A stretch of DNA of 64,000 bases from Candidatus Poribacteria bacterium (GTDB lineage Bacteria; Poribacteria; WGA-4E; JAJDTR01). The position numbers and the translations under genes are program-made. The notes beneath the pieces are model-generated. The model worked only from the letters and a program-made list of their open reading frames with translations. It was not told where the DNA came from and did not search any database. Location of the stretch: assembly GCA_965222225.1 (NCBI GenBank), contig CBDCTK010000002.1:2848001-2912000 (forward strand), in the 5' to 3' direction. Positions 10,360-20,634 of the stretch are shown piece by piece (position 1 is the first letter of the stretch; the number at the start of each line of letters is the position of its first letter).

Positions 10360-10911
10360 TTAAATATCTTCCCCTCCGATGGTGTTAATTACATCAAGCA
10401 ACACAGGCGCGAAGATATTTCTCTGTGCTTCTATCAAGTGAGGGAGATTTACACATTTGGACTGCTTGGGGCTACCGTCAGCGTAGGTGGTTCCTAGCTC
10501 AAACCCTAGATTTCCAATACTGTCACGCGTTATAAAGTTAAACGTCTTACCTGAATCTCTACCCTGATCTGTAGGATGTCCAGCACTATGGTTTCGAACC
10601 TCACGAATCTCCTTTAGGCATGGATTGCAGGTATAATCTTTTTTGAGAGTGCATGTGAAATGTTTTACGGCGTCTTGTTGCAAAATAAGGGCTTGCAATG
10701 CACCATAGACGTACATATATTTGTTGCCAACATCAAGACTATCAATGTTAGTCGTACGGGAAGCTTCCAAACAAAGTACTGTGTCCTTGATAACATCTAA
10801 ACAACTACATAGTTGCATTCTTGTGCGGCGATCTTCCAAAACAGCATGACTGCCTTCCCATTTGTCAATTATGTCACGGACTTCATCAATAAGTGGTTCG
10901 AGATTGTACAT
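10360..10911 (-). CDS. Hypothetical low-GC helical protein, possible HEPN-like
   Basis: SD GAGGAG; IREVRNHSAGHP gives an RX5H motif. Confidence 0.65.
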   Translation of the reverse strand: MYNLEPLIDEVRDIIDKWEGSHAVLEDRRTRMQLCSCLDVIKDTVLCLEASRTTNIDSLDVGNKYMYVYGALQALILQQDAVKHFTCTLKKDYTCNPCLKEIREVRNHSAGHPTDQGRDSGKTFNFITRDSIGNLGFELGTTYADGSPKQSKCVNLPHLIEAQRNIFAPVLLDVINTIGGEDI

Positions 10912-11052
10912 CCTGGTCTCCTCTGAGTGAATTGTTATGAACTCGCGTCCCGCGCGATCCGTTCACGTATGGTATATCGGCAGACACTCTAGGGATGGGT
11001 GCGTGCATCAGGTCATCTGCCATATTCGATGGAATTTAAGTTCATGTCATGG

Positions 11053-13017
11053 TTAACGTTCTGTTCCGACAGAATCCCTAGAGGCTAAGTCCCACAACAG
11101 AATAGCATCGTCACCACTTCCACTGGCGAGCGTAGTCCCATCAGGAGAGAATGCAACGGAATTCACTACTCCCTTGTGTCCGGCAAGGGTCTTCTTGTGT
11201 TGTCCAGTACGCGTATCCCACAAGCGGATGGTCCAGTCCCTACTTCCACTGGCAAGTGTTCCTCCGTCAGGGGAGAACGCAACAGAGTTGATATCACGCG
11301 TATGACCTATTAGCGTTTGTCTGGGTGAACCTGTAAGCGCGTCCCACAATTTAAGTGAGCTCTTAGAGCCCCATTCTGCAGTGGCGATGGATGCCCCATC
11401 GGGAGAGAAAGCAATGGAGTACACAAGAGCGATGTCACCTATAAGAGTTTGCTTATGTTCCCCAGTGTACACGTTCCATAAGCGAATCTCGCTCGATGCC
11501 CCAGAGGCAATTGTAGCCCCGTCGGGGGAAAAGGCGACACATTTGATTTCATTCGTATGTCCCAAGGTTTGCTTGTGTATCCCGGTATGCGCGTCCCACA
11601 AACGAACCGTCTTGTCCGAACTCCCGCTGGCAAGAGTAAGTCCACCAGGAGAAAATGCAACTGACGTAACTAGACCTGTATGTCCTGCAAGAGTTCGAAT
11701 GTGTTTTCCAGTGTACGCATCCCACAGACGAATCGTATTATCCGCACTTCCACTAGCAAGAATATTCCTACCGGGGGAAAAGGCAGTAGATGTAACGTAC
11801 TCTCTGTGCCCCAATAGCATCCGAATGTGTTCACCGGTACGGGCATTCCACAAGCGAATGGCGGGTTGAGAACTCTCCTCACCACTAGTAAGTATGAAGC
11901 CCGTTGGGGAAAACGCCAAGCAGGTGACATGCCCTAAGGTAGGCTCTACCAGAGTGTGCAGGTGTCTGCCCGAGCGCACATCCCATAATCGAATTGACAT
12001 GTCCTTAAACCTTCTAAAAAAACTGTATCCTCCACCACTTGTAAGGGTAAGTCCGTCAGTAGAAAACGCAACGGAACTAACTTGACCCGTATGACCTTCA
12101 AGGGTATGGAGGTGTCTTCCCGAGCGTACATCCCACAAACGAATAGTCTTGTCCTCATAGTCACCGCCACTGGCAAGCGTAAACCCATCGGGGGAGAATG
12201 TTACGCTACTGACCCAATCCGTGTGCCCAACAAGGGTTTGTTTGTGCTGCCCTGTATGCGTGTCCCACAAACGAATAGTCTTGTCCTTATACCCTCCACC
12301 GCTGGCAAGCATAAGCCCATCGGGAGAAAACGCGATGGAGCAAATTCCACCCATATGACCGACAAGAGTATGCTTGTGTTGTCCCGTGCGCACATCCCAC
12401 AAACGAATAGTCTTGTCCTCATCAGCCTCGTCTTTTAGCAAGTCACTGAGCACGTGGTAACTTCCGCTGGCAAGTGTAAGTCCGTCGGGGGAAAATGTAA
12501 CAGTGCTAGTCGTACCCGTATGGCCGGGAAGAACCTTGAGTTGTGTTCCGCAGCGAACATCCCACAAACGAATTGTTCTATCATCGTCGCCTGAACTGCT
12601 GGCTAGCGTTTTCCCATCGGGGGAAAAGGCGACCGAAGTCACGACACCCCTATGCCCAATGAGAAGTTGCTTGAGTTCCCCAGTGCGAGCATCCCACAAG
12701 CGAACTTCCCAACTCCCACTGGCAAGCGTGAGTCCATCCGGAGAGAATGCAACGCAACGGACAACTCCCCTATGGCCCGTGAGCAGAGAGATTTCGGAAC
12801 CGCTGTGTGCATCATACAACCAGACGCCGATAGAACTCGCCACCGCGATTCGATCTCCGCTTGGAGAACACGCGATTTCAGATATCCAACCTTTGCCGAT
12901 ACGGAACTTTGCACCTTCGGGCAAACCCCATTGCGTATAATCATGGGCGACAACATCCTGTAGAAACCAGAAGTAAACAAACAAAACACAGAGCTTGAAG
13001 AACCGAATTTCTTTCAT
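11053..13017 (-). CDS. Secreted WD40-repeat protein (~13-14 repeats)
   Basis: Signal peptide, DYTQWGLPEGAKFRIGKG, repeated GH..V.SVAFSPDG.TLASGS.D.TIRLWD. Confidence 0.95.
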   Translation of the reverse strand: MKEIRFFKLCVLFVYFWFLQDVVAHDYTQWGLPEGAKFRIGKGWISEIACSPSGDRIAVASSIGVWLYDAHSGSEISLLTGHRGVVRCVAFSPDGLTLASGSWEVRLWDARTGELKQLLIGHRGVVTSVAFSPDGKTLASSSGDDDRTIRLWDVRCGTQLKVLPGHTGTTSTVTFSPDGLTLASGSYHVLSDLLKDEADEDKTIRLWDVRTGQHKHTLVGHMGGICSIAFSPDGLMLASGGGYKDKTIRLWDTHTGQHKQTLVGHTDWVSSVTFSPDGFTLASGGDYEDKTIRLWDVRSGRHLHTLEGHTGQVSSVAFSTDGLTLTSGGGYSFFRRFKDMSIRLWDVRSGRHLHTLVEPTLGHVTCLAFSPTGFILTSGEESSQPAIRLWNARTGEHIRMLLGHREYVTSTAFSPGRNILASGSADNTIRLWDAYTGKHIRTLAGHTGLVTSVAFSPGGLTLASGSSDKTVRLWDAHTGIHKQTLGHTNEIKCVAFSPDGATIASGASSEIRLWNVYTGEHKQTLIGDIALVYSIAFSPDGASIATAEWGSKSSLKLWDALTGSPRQTLIGHTRDINSVAFSPDGGTLASGSRDWTIRLWDTRTGQHKKTLAGHKGVVNSVAFSPDGTTLASGSGDDAILLWDLASRDSVGTER

Positions 13018-13192
13018 GGATAATCCTCTTTGGTGTGGTTGGGTGCACATGTCCAAAGCTGATTAATGCATTGGTAACGCACCTCGTTAGTCGAAAAACC
13101 TAACCCAATGTTTCTTTCGAGTAGGTGTTGGTGCAACCCATGACGATGATATTTCCAGAGTAACTGTTTGGGGTAATCACGTACCATCTCCT

Positions 13193-13237
13193 AATCCGTG
13201 TAATCTGGGTAATCCGTTTAATCCGCGATTCAGACAA
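13193..13237. repeat. AATCCG-type short tandem repeat ending in GCGATTCAGACAA
   Basis: Same family at 62924-62957 (inverted) and 63138-63182. Confidence 0.7.
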
Positions 13238-13351
13238 TTGTCAAAATGCCTCGGATAAAACCTTCAAAGTGTATAGCAATTCCGCTCTTCCATCCTTCCT
13301 CACGCTCCACTTACCACCAAAATTACATGCGATTGCCCTGCGAGCTGACTC

Positions 13352-14098
13352 TTATTGCGCGGTGTAGCCGCCATCTACAAACAGGGAGGTGCCTGTGACC
13401 CAAGCGGACTCGTCGGAGGCGAGGTACAGCGCGGCGGAGGCAACGTCCTCGGGCGTCCCCACCCTACCGATGGGGTGCATGGCAGCGATTTCGTTGCCGC
13501 GTTGCTTCAGGTCCTCTCGGTTGAAGTCTATCTCTATCCAGGCGGGGCAGACCGTATTCACGCGGATCTTGTGCTCGGCAAAGTCCAGCGCCATACACTT
13601 CGTCAGCAGTTCGATACCGCCCTTGGCGGCGTTATAGGCGCCCTGTTTCCGCTGGCCGACGTGACCCGAGATTGAGGAGCAGTTGACAATGGCGCCGCCG
13701 TTCTCAATCATGTGGGGAAGGGCGTATTTGGAGCACAGGAAATAACCGCGCAGGTTTATCCCCATAAGACTATCCCACTCCTCTTCGGTCAACTCCATAA
13801 TGGTTTTCCCGATACCGATGAACACACCGGCGTTATTGACAAGGATATCAAGCTTTCCGTACTTCGACATGGTTTGGTCAATCATGTGTTGCACCTGATC
13901 TGTCTTCGACACATCAATAGAGAGGTAGCTTGCCTCTCCGCCTTCCGACTTAATCTGATTCACGGTGTCTTCGATTGGTTTCGATCTTCTGCCGGTAATC
14001 ATGACCTTTGCACCCTCTCGGGCAAAGCGTACCGCCGTACCGCGACCTATTCCGGTTCCGCCGCCAGTGATAATGGTGACCTTGTTCTGTAATCTCAT
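13352..14098 (-). CDS. SDR family oxidoreductase
   Basis: [22 protein letters not shown]. Confidence 0.95.
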   Translation of the reverse strand: MRLQNKVTIITGGGTGIGRGTAVRFAREGAKVMITGRRSKPIEDTVNQIKSEGGEASYLSIDVSKTDQVQHMIDQTMSKYGKLDILVNNAGVFIGIGKTIMELTEEEWDSLMGINLRGYFLCSKYALPHMIENGGAIVNCSSISGHVGQRKQGAYNAAKGGIELLTKCMALDFAEHKIRVNTVCPAWIEIDFNREDLKQRGNEIAAMHPIGRVGTPEDVASAALYLASDESAWVTGTSLFVDGGYTAQ

Positions 14099-14168
14099 TG
14101 GTTGCCTACTCCTAAGGTTAAACACGTTTTCATTCTAAAACCAAATGGAAAATTGTGGAAGTGGTGGG

Positions 14169-14247
14169 AAGTGGCCAGTCGCCAGTGACCTGTGACCAGT
14201 GAATGAAACGGATTTTCTGACCGCTAGCCAATGACCACTGGACACTG
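14169..14247. repeat. Inverted heptamer repeat array (CAGTGAC... / ...CTGACCA) forming a long imperfect hairpin
   Basis: Five CAGTNNN-like units followed by four reverse units. Confidence 0.65.
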
Positions 14248-14250
14248 CTT

Positions 14251-15207
14251 TCAAGATGGCTTGACAACTCCAAGCGGTTGTTTTCCCTCGAAGACCTTCA
14301 CCACATTTTCGGCTGCACCGCGCGCCATGCGGTACCACGCCTCCTCGGTTGATGAAGCCGCGTGCGGTCCAAGCACCACGTTTTCGATTGATAGCAAGGG
14401 ATTGTTCGTGGGAGGCTCCTGAGAGAACACATCGAGTCCCGCCCCCGCAATCCAACCCGCCTGGAGCGCTTTGACAAGGCTCGCTTCGTGGACAATAGGT
14501 CCGCGGGCGGTATTGATGAGATAGGCTGTCGGTTTCATCAATTTCAGTTGGGTTTCGCCAATCAAGCCTGACGTTTCCGGGCTTAGAGGCGAGTGGATGC
14601 TGACGAAATCGGCGCGCGCCAGGAGTCCATTCAATGGGAGGTAGCTTACGCCGTACTCCGCCGCGAACGCCTCATCTTGATAGAGGTCATACGCCAGAAT
14701 CGTCATGTCGAATCCGCGCGCCCGCTTCGCTAGGCGCTTGCCAATTTTGCCCAGTCCGATAATTCCCAGCGTCTTTTGAAATAGCTCGACGCCGATGTGA
14801 GGCGACCAACCGCCGTTGCGAACGTTCCTATCTCCCTGTGGTATGTGCCGGGCGACGCCCAGCATCAATCCCATCGCCAACTCGGCGACACTTTCGCTAT
14901 TGGCTTCCGGCGTAGTCGTCACGATGATGCCGCGTTCCGACGCCGCCTGAAGGTCAATCGTGTCGAATCCGGCGCCGGTGCGAGAAATAATCTTCAGATT
15001 GTCCGCAGCGGAAATCACGCGTCTAGTGAAGTGGTGACTCCCCGAGATTATTCCATCTACGCCTTCAATGAGCGAGATAAGATCGTCCTCGGTCAATGTG
15101 TTTTCGCGATAATGCACGGAAACCGTGCAATTACGGGCTTCCAAGAAAGAGAGAATCTCGCTCGCATCCCATTCGCGCGGAAAGGTGGTAATCAATACGT
15201 TTCGCAT
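14251..15207 (-). CDS. D-isomer 2-hydroxyacid dehydrogenase (phosphoglycerate dehydrogenase-like)
   Basis: GLGKIG, INTARG, DVFSQEP, PHAAS. Confidence 0.93.
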   Translation of the reverse strand: MRNVLITTFPREWDASEILSFLEARNCTVSVHYRENTLTEDDLISLIEGVDGIISGSHHFTRRVISAADNLKIISRTGAGFDTIDLQAASERGIIVTTTPEANSESVAELAMGLMLGVARHIPQGDRNVRNGGWSPHIGVELFQKTLGIIGLGKIGKRLAKRARGFDMTILAYDLYQDEAFAAEYGVSYLPLNGLLARADFVSIHSPLSPETSGLIGETQLKLMKPTAYLINTARGPIVHEASLVKALQAGWIAGAGLDVFSQEPPTNNPLLSIENVVLGPHAASSTEEAWYRMARGAAENVVKVFEGKQPLGVVKPS

Positions 15208-15237
15208 TTGTTGCCTCTTGCTATATTTTGCGTTCCC

Positions 15238-15363
15238 GTAGGAGCGATCTCCGAATTGCGACCTATCGGGAATCGGAGCCGCGATCGGGGAGAAGATCCT
15301 TATGGGATCTCTATCGCACTCACTAATCGCTCGCTTGATCTATTCGCTCAGTTGATCTCCTAC
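15238..15363. repeat. REP pair with nested micro-elements (full copy 15304-15340, split copy 15293-15303 + 15341-15357)
   Basis: gtaggagcgatctccgaattgcgacct ... gggatctctatcgcactcactaatcgctcgcttgatc ... ctcctac. Confidence 0.8.
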
Positions 15364-15479
15364 AGTGGGTAGCGGATAGGTGTTAAGGGGGGAAGAGAGG
15401 AGGGCTGGCACTAGCCGCTGCCGGCGTCTTTGCCAATCTTAAACCCGGTACTTTTGAATGTTCCAATACCATCGTTAGC

Positions 15480-16637
15480 CTACGGCACGACAACCACCTT
15501 CATGCACTCCTCGGGCTCCATCGACTGCAGCATCGCCGATTCCGTCTGGAGGAGAGGGTATTCGTGCGACACAAACTTTTCGAACGGGAAGGAATCGGCA
15601 TACCTTTGCATGAGTTCCATGCTAGGGGTATAACCCGTGAAGGGGTGGTTGGTCATGCCGATGAGACGAATGTTCTTTGAACAGAAGTGGCGGTGCGGGC
15701 TGAGCGATACCTCTCCGGTCTCGGCGAAGTTCCCCGGCTCAAGGTAAATGCCTCCTTTGCGCGTCATGTCCAGTCCTTCGGGCACGACCTCGGCGATTCC
15801 CGCGCACTCGACAACAATGTCGGCGCCGCGTCCGTGTGTCAGAGAGCGAACAAACTCGATACGCTCCTCCGACGTGGTTTCGGCGGCGTTGACGGTGTGG
15901 TCGGCGCCAAACTCCTCCGCCAGTCCCAAACGATATTCGGAACGGTCAATGGCGATGATGTTGCCGGCACCCATCACGCGCGCCTTGATGAGGTGGCAGA
16001 TCCCCATAGGACCGACGCCCTGAATGACAACGGTGCTGCCGGTGGCGAAACCGTCGCCCGTGAGGGTAAATAGCTCCTTCGTCTTGTCCAAGTTATAGCT
16101 GACCGCCATCAACTCCGCCATGACCGCGACGCGCAAGGGTATGCCTTCGGGCACTTTGTACAGGAACGCGTTGGGCAGGATGTACATGTATTCCGCCCAA
16201 CCGCCGAACAGATGGGGTGATTCGGCGGAGGTGAAGGCGTTGCCGTAACCGCGCAGGTTTTCGCACCACGGAAAAGCAAACGTGTGCCGACACTCGTAGC
16301 ATTCCCCGCACACGACATCCGGACACAATGCGACCCGATTTCCGACGCGCAGGGGTTCGCCGTTGAAATCGAGACGTGGACGCACCCTGTCGTTAATCTC
16401 GGCGACGACGCCAATGATTTCGTGCCCCGGAATGATTGGAAACGGCGTATCGGATTCGGCATCGGTACCGGCGTACTGCTTCGTCTCGCCGCGCCATGTG
16501 TGTTTGTCCGTGCCGCAGATGCCGCACATTTCGACCTTGAGGAGCACCGCGCCGTCTTCCAATTTCGGAAGGGGGAATTCCTGAATTTCAATCTTTCCCG
16601 GATGAACCATTACTGCCGCGCGTACCTTGTCGCTCAT
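15480..16637 (-). CDS. Zinc-dependent alcohol dehydrogenase (MDR)
   Basis: CGICGTD, GHE, CGECYEC, GVGPMG. Confidence 0.95.
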   Translation of the reverse strand: MSDKVRAAVMVHPGKIEIQEFPLPKLEDGAVLLKVEMCGICGTDKHTWRGETKQYAGTDAESDTPFPIIPGHEIIGVVAEINDRVRPRLDFNGEPLRVGNRVALCPDVVCGECYECRHTFAFPWCENLRGYGNAFTSAESPHLFGGWAEYMYILPNAFLYKVPEGIPLRVAVMAELMAVSYNLDKTKELFTLTGDGFATGSTVVIQGVGPMGICHLIKARVMGAGNIIAIDRSEYRLGLAEEFGADHTVNAAETTSEERIEFVRSLTHGRGADIVVECAGIAEVVPEGLDMTRKGGIYLEPGNFAETGEVSLSPHRHFCSKNIRLIGMTNHPFTGYTPSMELMQRYADSFPFEKFVSHEYPLLQTESAMLQSMEPEECMKVVVVP

Positions 16638-16726
16638 ATGCCTTCCTCTGATGATTTGCGGTGTGCTATTTGTGTTACCTACAGGACTACGCAGTTCGGT
16701 TTGTGGTAACGATTTTCGGTTCTTCT

Positions 16727-16767
16727 GTAGGAGCGAGCTTTGCTCGCGACCGGGAGATCTCTCCTAC
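16727..16767. repeat. GTAG REP doublet without insertion
   Basis: gtaggagcgagctttgctcgcgac-cgggagatctctcctac. Confidence 0.7.
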
Positions 16768-16859
16768 AAACCCCCGGTTTCTGTGTCCTGCTGATTGCAC
16801 GATTCAAGCGCGTTTCCCGGGATTGCACATCGCGGTATCCAGATCTCCGTAAAAAAGGC

Positions 16860-18665
16860 TTACCAGATAATGTCCTTGATTTCGGGAATAAAGCGAGTTT
16901 TTTGGATTGGTTTGCCACTGGAACGATTCTCATAGAGCGGGAGCGCGACGCCCTTGGGGTCAATGGCGACAACATCTGACCCGCGCATCGTCAATTTGTA
17001 CGGAATTTCACCAATCACCCGATGCACGTCCCGCTCAGGTACGGGGAAGGTTATGGTGACTTGGTCGCCCGGATTCAGCAAGCTAATCTTCACGTAACGG
17101 CCATCAGTTATATAGCGACAGGGTTGATTGCCAACGCTGACCTTCACGTCGTCGAGCGAGCACCATTCCGCCATTCTGACGGCTACTTTCGAGGCGTCCT
17201 TAATGTGCAGGACAACTTTGCCCTCCACCGGCAGATAGCTATCCACATCCAGCCAGGTTGAAGCCCGGTTCAGGAGAAGATTGACGCGCACCTCGTCCGA
17301 CTCCTTCGTTACAATGCTGTCCCAGACATAGTAAAAGGTTCTTGCCCCATTCGCCGTGCAACAGTGCATGATAGAATGACCCGTTAGTTTTGGGCCCTGA
17401 TCCGTTTGTTCAACATGAAGCCCATCGTTGGCGCGCATCCAGCCAAGGAACGACCCCACGGAGCGTTCCGGGATGTTCCGTGTGTCCGGGTGCGAGTGTC
17501 CACCGGGTCCAGTAGAGAAGTAGCTGTCCGGTATGCCGTCGAGGAAATCGGCATCGCACATCTGACCTTCGGCATACACATTTCGCACCCATCGATCGAC
17601 ATCATCCCAGTAATCGCCCAGTCCGGCACGGGTCAAATAGAGCGCAAGGAGCACCATGTCCGCGACCTCGCAAATCTCTGTGGTGTTGCCCGCTCTGCCA
17701 AGATACCAGTCCGACCCCGGCATGGCTTCCGGGAAGAAGCCGATTAACGGATCGCCCATTTCGCGTGCCCAGCGGTAACAGGCATCCACACGCTCCAGAA
17801 TCTTGCGGTCGTTTATGGCGTAACCGTATTCACACACCGCTATGAGCGCGTATAAACTGTGATGAAAATGCCAGAAGGTGTATCGCCCATCGTCGTTGTT
17901 GAACATGCGCGCCAGGGCCCACCGCGCCAAGCCACCAGCCAGTTCGAGCGCGGGTTCGTAGCCGGTTACGCGATAGAACAGTGCAGAGCCGTGGCCGAGT
18001 GCGCCCACCGAGTATATCATGCTGAAAATCGGGTCGTTATCCGCGAGGGAACCGTCTTCAATGCCCACGGTTGGCTCGTCGGCATCGGGTGGAACCGTCT
18101 CGCCCGGGCGAAATCGTCCTTTCCACAAGAATCGGAATCCGTCCTTCTCGCGCGTGAGTGCCAGCAGCCGGTCAACCTTTCGCTTGCCAGCTTCAATCCA
18201 ACGCGAATCGTCGTCAACCTGTGCCAACATTGAAAGCGCTAACAGCAGCCTTCCCTCCGCCCAAACCTCAGAGAACGGACGGGGTTCGGTAAACTGTTCC
18301 AGCGTATCCGTTGGGCAATAGGTCAAACCGTCCTCACCCAGCAGATCGAGTTGCACGCGGAGTACCTCCAGATCCGCGTCCAGTCCGTCGGTGTTGCCCG
18401 ACGCCAACCGGCAGACGGTTAGCGCTTCAAGGAACTTGGCTGGGATATTCAGGTAGGCGTCGGTGATATGGCTTGGATAGAGTTCGGTCGGACGCTGGCA
18501 GAAATCCACGATGAATCCCAAAGCCCACTTTTCGTCGGGATACCATACCTCGGTAAGTGCATTCACCGCAAGCCCCATTCGATCCGCCAAATCGAGGGTA
18601 TCAGGCACCGTGGCTTCGTAACGCTCGCCGACAGTACATTTCGACATTGGGTTGTTGTTGAGCAT
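16860..18665 (-). CDS. GH127/beta-L-arabinofuranosidase-like (alpha/alpha)6 glycoside hydrolase
   Basis: TTEICEVAD and HCCTANG Zn/catalytic motifs; C-terminal beta-sandwich. Confidence 0.75.
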   Translation of the reverse strand: MLNNNPMSKCTVGERYEATVPDTLDLADRMGLAVNALTEVWYPDEKWALGFIVDFCQRPTELYPSHITDAYLNIPAKFLEALTVCRLASGNTDGLDADLEVLRVQLDLLGEDGLTYCPTDTLEQFTEPRPFSEVWAEGRLLLALSMLAQVDDDSRWIEAGKRKVDRLLALTREKDGFRFLWKGRFRPGETVPPDADEPTVGIEDGSLADNDPIFSMIYSVGALGHGSALFYRVTGYEPALELAGGLARWALARMFNNDDGRYTFWHFHHSLYALIAVCEYGYAINDRKILERVDACYRWAREMGDPLIGFFPEAMPGSDWYLGRAGNTTEICEVADMVLLALYLTRAGLGDYWDDVDRWVRNVYAEGQMCDADFLDGIPDSYFSTGPGGHSHPDTRNIPERSVGSFLGWMRANDGLHVEQTDQGPKLTGHSIMHCCTANGARTFYYVWDSIVTKESDEVRVNLLLNRASTWLDVDSYLPVEGKVVLHIKDASKVAVRMAEWCSLDDVKVSVGNQPCRYITDGRYVKISLLNPGDQVTITFPVPERDVHRVIGEIPYKLTMRGSDVVAIDPKGVALPLYENRSSGKPIQKTRFIPEIKDIIW

Positions 18666-18805
18666 CTGATTTCCTTTCTTTCCGTGTATTCTGAAGCATG
18701 TTGACATCAACGCTTTGGCTGGAACTTCCGTGCAATACCTGACCTGTTGCAGTGGCTAGCTGACAGTTATGTGAGGCGTGTGCGAATCCGAGGCACCGCA
18801 CCGAA

Positions 18806-18829
18806 CGGGTTGGGAGACCCAACCCCTAC
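18806..18829 (-). repeat. GTAG REP hairpin
   Basis: cgggttgggagacccaacccctac. Confidence 0.7.
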
Positions 18830-18845
18830 GGATTAAGACTGCTTT

Positions 18846-19526
18846 TCATCCCTTGTGCGCTTCGCGCAGGGATTCAAATTGTTCGTCCAAGTTGTAGATT
18901 TCGACTTGCGAAACACCGCTGGCAACTCTACTGCGCAGCACCTTCTCGTGCTCCACAATCGACTGAGCGCGTGACAAGACCGCTGCTGCCTTCCGCAACG
19001 GAACCACAACGACGCCATCGGCATCGCCCACGATAATGTCGCCGGGGTGAACCACTGTTCCGCCGCATCGAACTGTAACGTTGACTTCGCCAAGGGATCC
19101 TCGACCTGCCACTCTCGGTGTTGTACCACGCGCAAAAACGGGAAAACCCAACTCGCGTATCTCTGCAATATCCCTGGCCAAGCCGTCCAAGACGAGTCCG
19201 GCAAGCCCTTTCAATTTTGCCTCTGTGCTTGTGATTTCTCCCCATAGCGCCGTGTCGGGGTTTCCCTGGTTGTCAACCACGAGAACGTCGCCGCGCTCGG
19301 CGGCGCGTAAGGCTTTCAGGACGGGCAGAAAGTCGCCGGTCGTGGTGACGGCGGTGCAGGCGGGACCGCAAATGCGAGAGCCGGTCAGCAGGGCTTGAAT
19401 TCCCGAATCCATGGTGCTGAGATTCGCCATTGCGTCGCTGATGTTAGCCACGGCGATTTGGGAGAGCGCATCCACCAACGCCGTGTCGGGCCGTTCAATT
19501 GATTGATTGACTTCAAATAGACTCAT
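18846..19526 (-). CDS. RraA/HMG aldolase family protein
   Basis: ISDAM, ALWGE, DGLARD, PGDIIVGDADGVVVVP. Confidence 0.92.
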   Translation of the reverse strand: MSLFEVNQSIERPDTALVDALSQIAVANISDAMANLSTMDSGIQALLTGSRICGPACTAVTTTGDFLPVLKALRAAERGDVLVVDNQGNPDTALWGEITSTEAKLKGLAGLVLDGLARDIAEIRELGFPVFARGTTPRVAGRGSLGEVNVTVRCGGTVVHPGDIIVGDADGVVVVPLRKAAAVLSRAQSIVEHEKVLRSRVASGVSQVEIYNLDEQFESLREAHKG

Positions 19527-19734
19527 AGATGTTTTTTCCTTCGTGATATTTCGCGCTGTAAAAGATTCTAGTCGCTACTCCTGTCGATTTGGATTGGATC
19601 TGAGAATTTCCGGTGGTTTCACGGATGCCAGCGTCGATGGCGGGTAGTAAGATGGGAAATCGGCGACTTTATAATCGCTAATCTCACCCAATAACAAATC
19701 CTGCCATGCCGCAGGAGCCGCGTCGAATACGAAT

Positions 19735-20442
19735 TTAGATTTCGGCGGAGCGCGCCGTCAGCTCTTGCAAGCGCGGGGAGAATGTCTCGTAGACTTCACG
19801 CTTGACCAGAGGCCAAGCCGTGGGTCCCCGGTACAACACCGCCGGCATGTAATATGCGTTCGCAAGCATGCGGTGTTGGTCGGTTGTCGTGTTTGCGCCG
19901 GATCGATGCCAAAGTCCGTTGTGATAGACAAACACCGTACCCTTCTTTCCCGTGACCGGCATCTCCTGTGGGTAGCTGTCTCGGCTGGGACCCCGCTTCG
20001 TGAGATGGCTGAAAGGCACAATTCGCGTGGCGCCATTCTCCGGTGTGCTGTCGGTGAGCATCCAGAAGACTTGAAGTCCGTTCCAAGGCGGGATAAGGGA
20101 GCTAGGATCGGCCGCTAACGCGCCGCGTGTTGGCCAATCGGCGTGCAGGCTGCCAGCGGGAGTTCCGGGCTTGCACCACTTTAGCGCCGCGTTGTTTGCC
20201 AAGAAATACCCGTCACCAAGCACCGCTTCGGCAATCTCAAGAATCAGCGGATGGGTGCATAACGGCGCCAGGTCCGGAATCTCGTTCAACGACCCTTCAA
20301 GGCTAATGTACGCCGACCCCATCGACTCCATAATCGACCGCGCCATGCCATCGAGCCGTTCCGCCTCTTGCGGGTTCAGCAACCCCTCGAAAATACAATA
20401 ACCTTCTTCTGCCAATCTATCCTTGATTTCGTTGATTTCCAT
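19735..20442 (-). CDS. Phytanoyl-CoA dioxygenase (PhyH) family
   Basis: LHADW, NGATRIVPFSH, WHRSGAN. Confidence 0.92.
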   Translation of the reverse strand: MEINEIKDRLAEEGYCIFEGLLNPQEAERLDGMARSIMESMGSAYISLEGSLNEIPDLAPLCTHPLILEIAEAVLGDGYFLANNAALKWCKPGTPAGSLHADWPTRGALAADPSSLIPPWNGLQVFWMLTDSTPENGATRIVPFSHLTKRGPSRDSYPQEMPVTGKKGTVFVYHNGLWHRSGANTTTDQHRMLANAYYMPAVLYRGPTAWPLVKREVYETFSPRLQELTARSAEI

Positions 20443-20634
20443 CTTATTCCCTCTGTACCTACATGGAAGCTGCTACGCCGATTGGTGATTGAGATGAAAC
20501 CCAATCATATATGATGTGCACGTAGATTTGGACATTGCATGTATCCTCCTCTCGGAAGGAATACACTATAGCCGATTTGGTTTCGGTTGGCAACAGAAAT
20601 CAGGGGTGTTCCTTCGCTACACCTTTGGAATGAT

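Noticed and set aside
11053-13017. ~126-bp periodic nucleotide repeats
   Set aside because: Explained by WD40 protein repeats.
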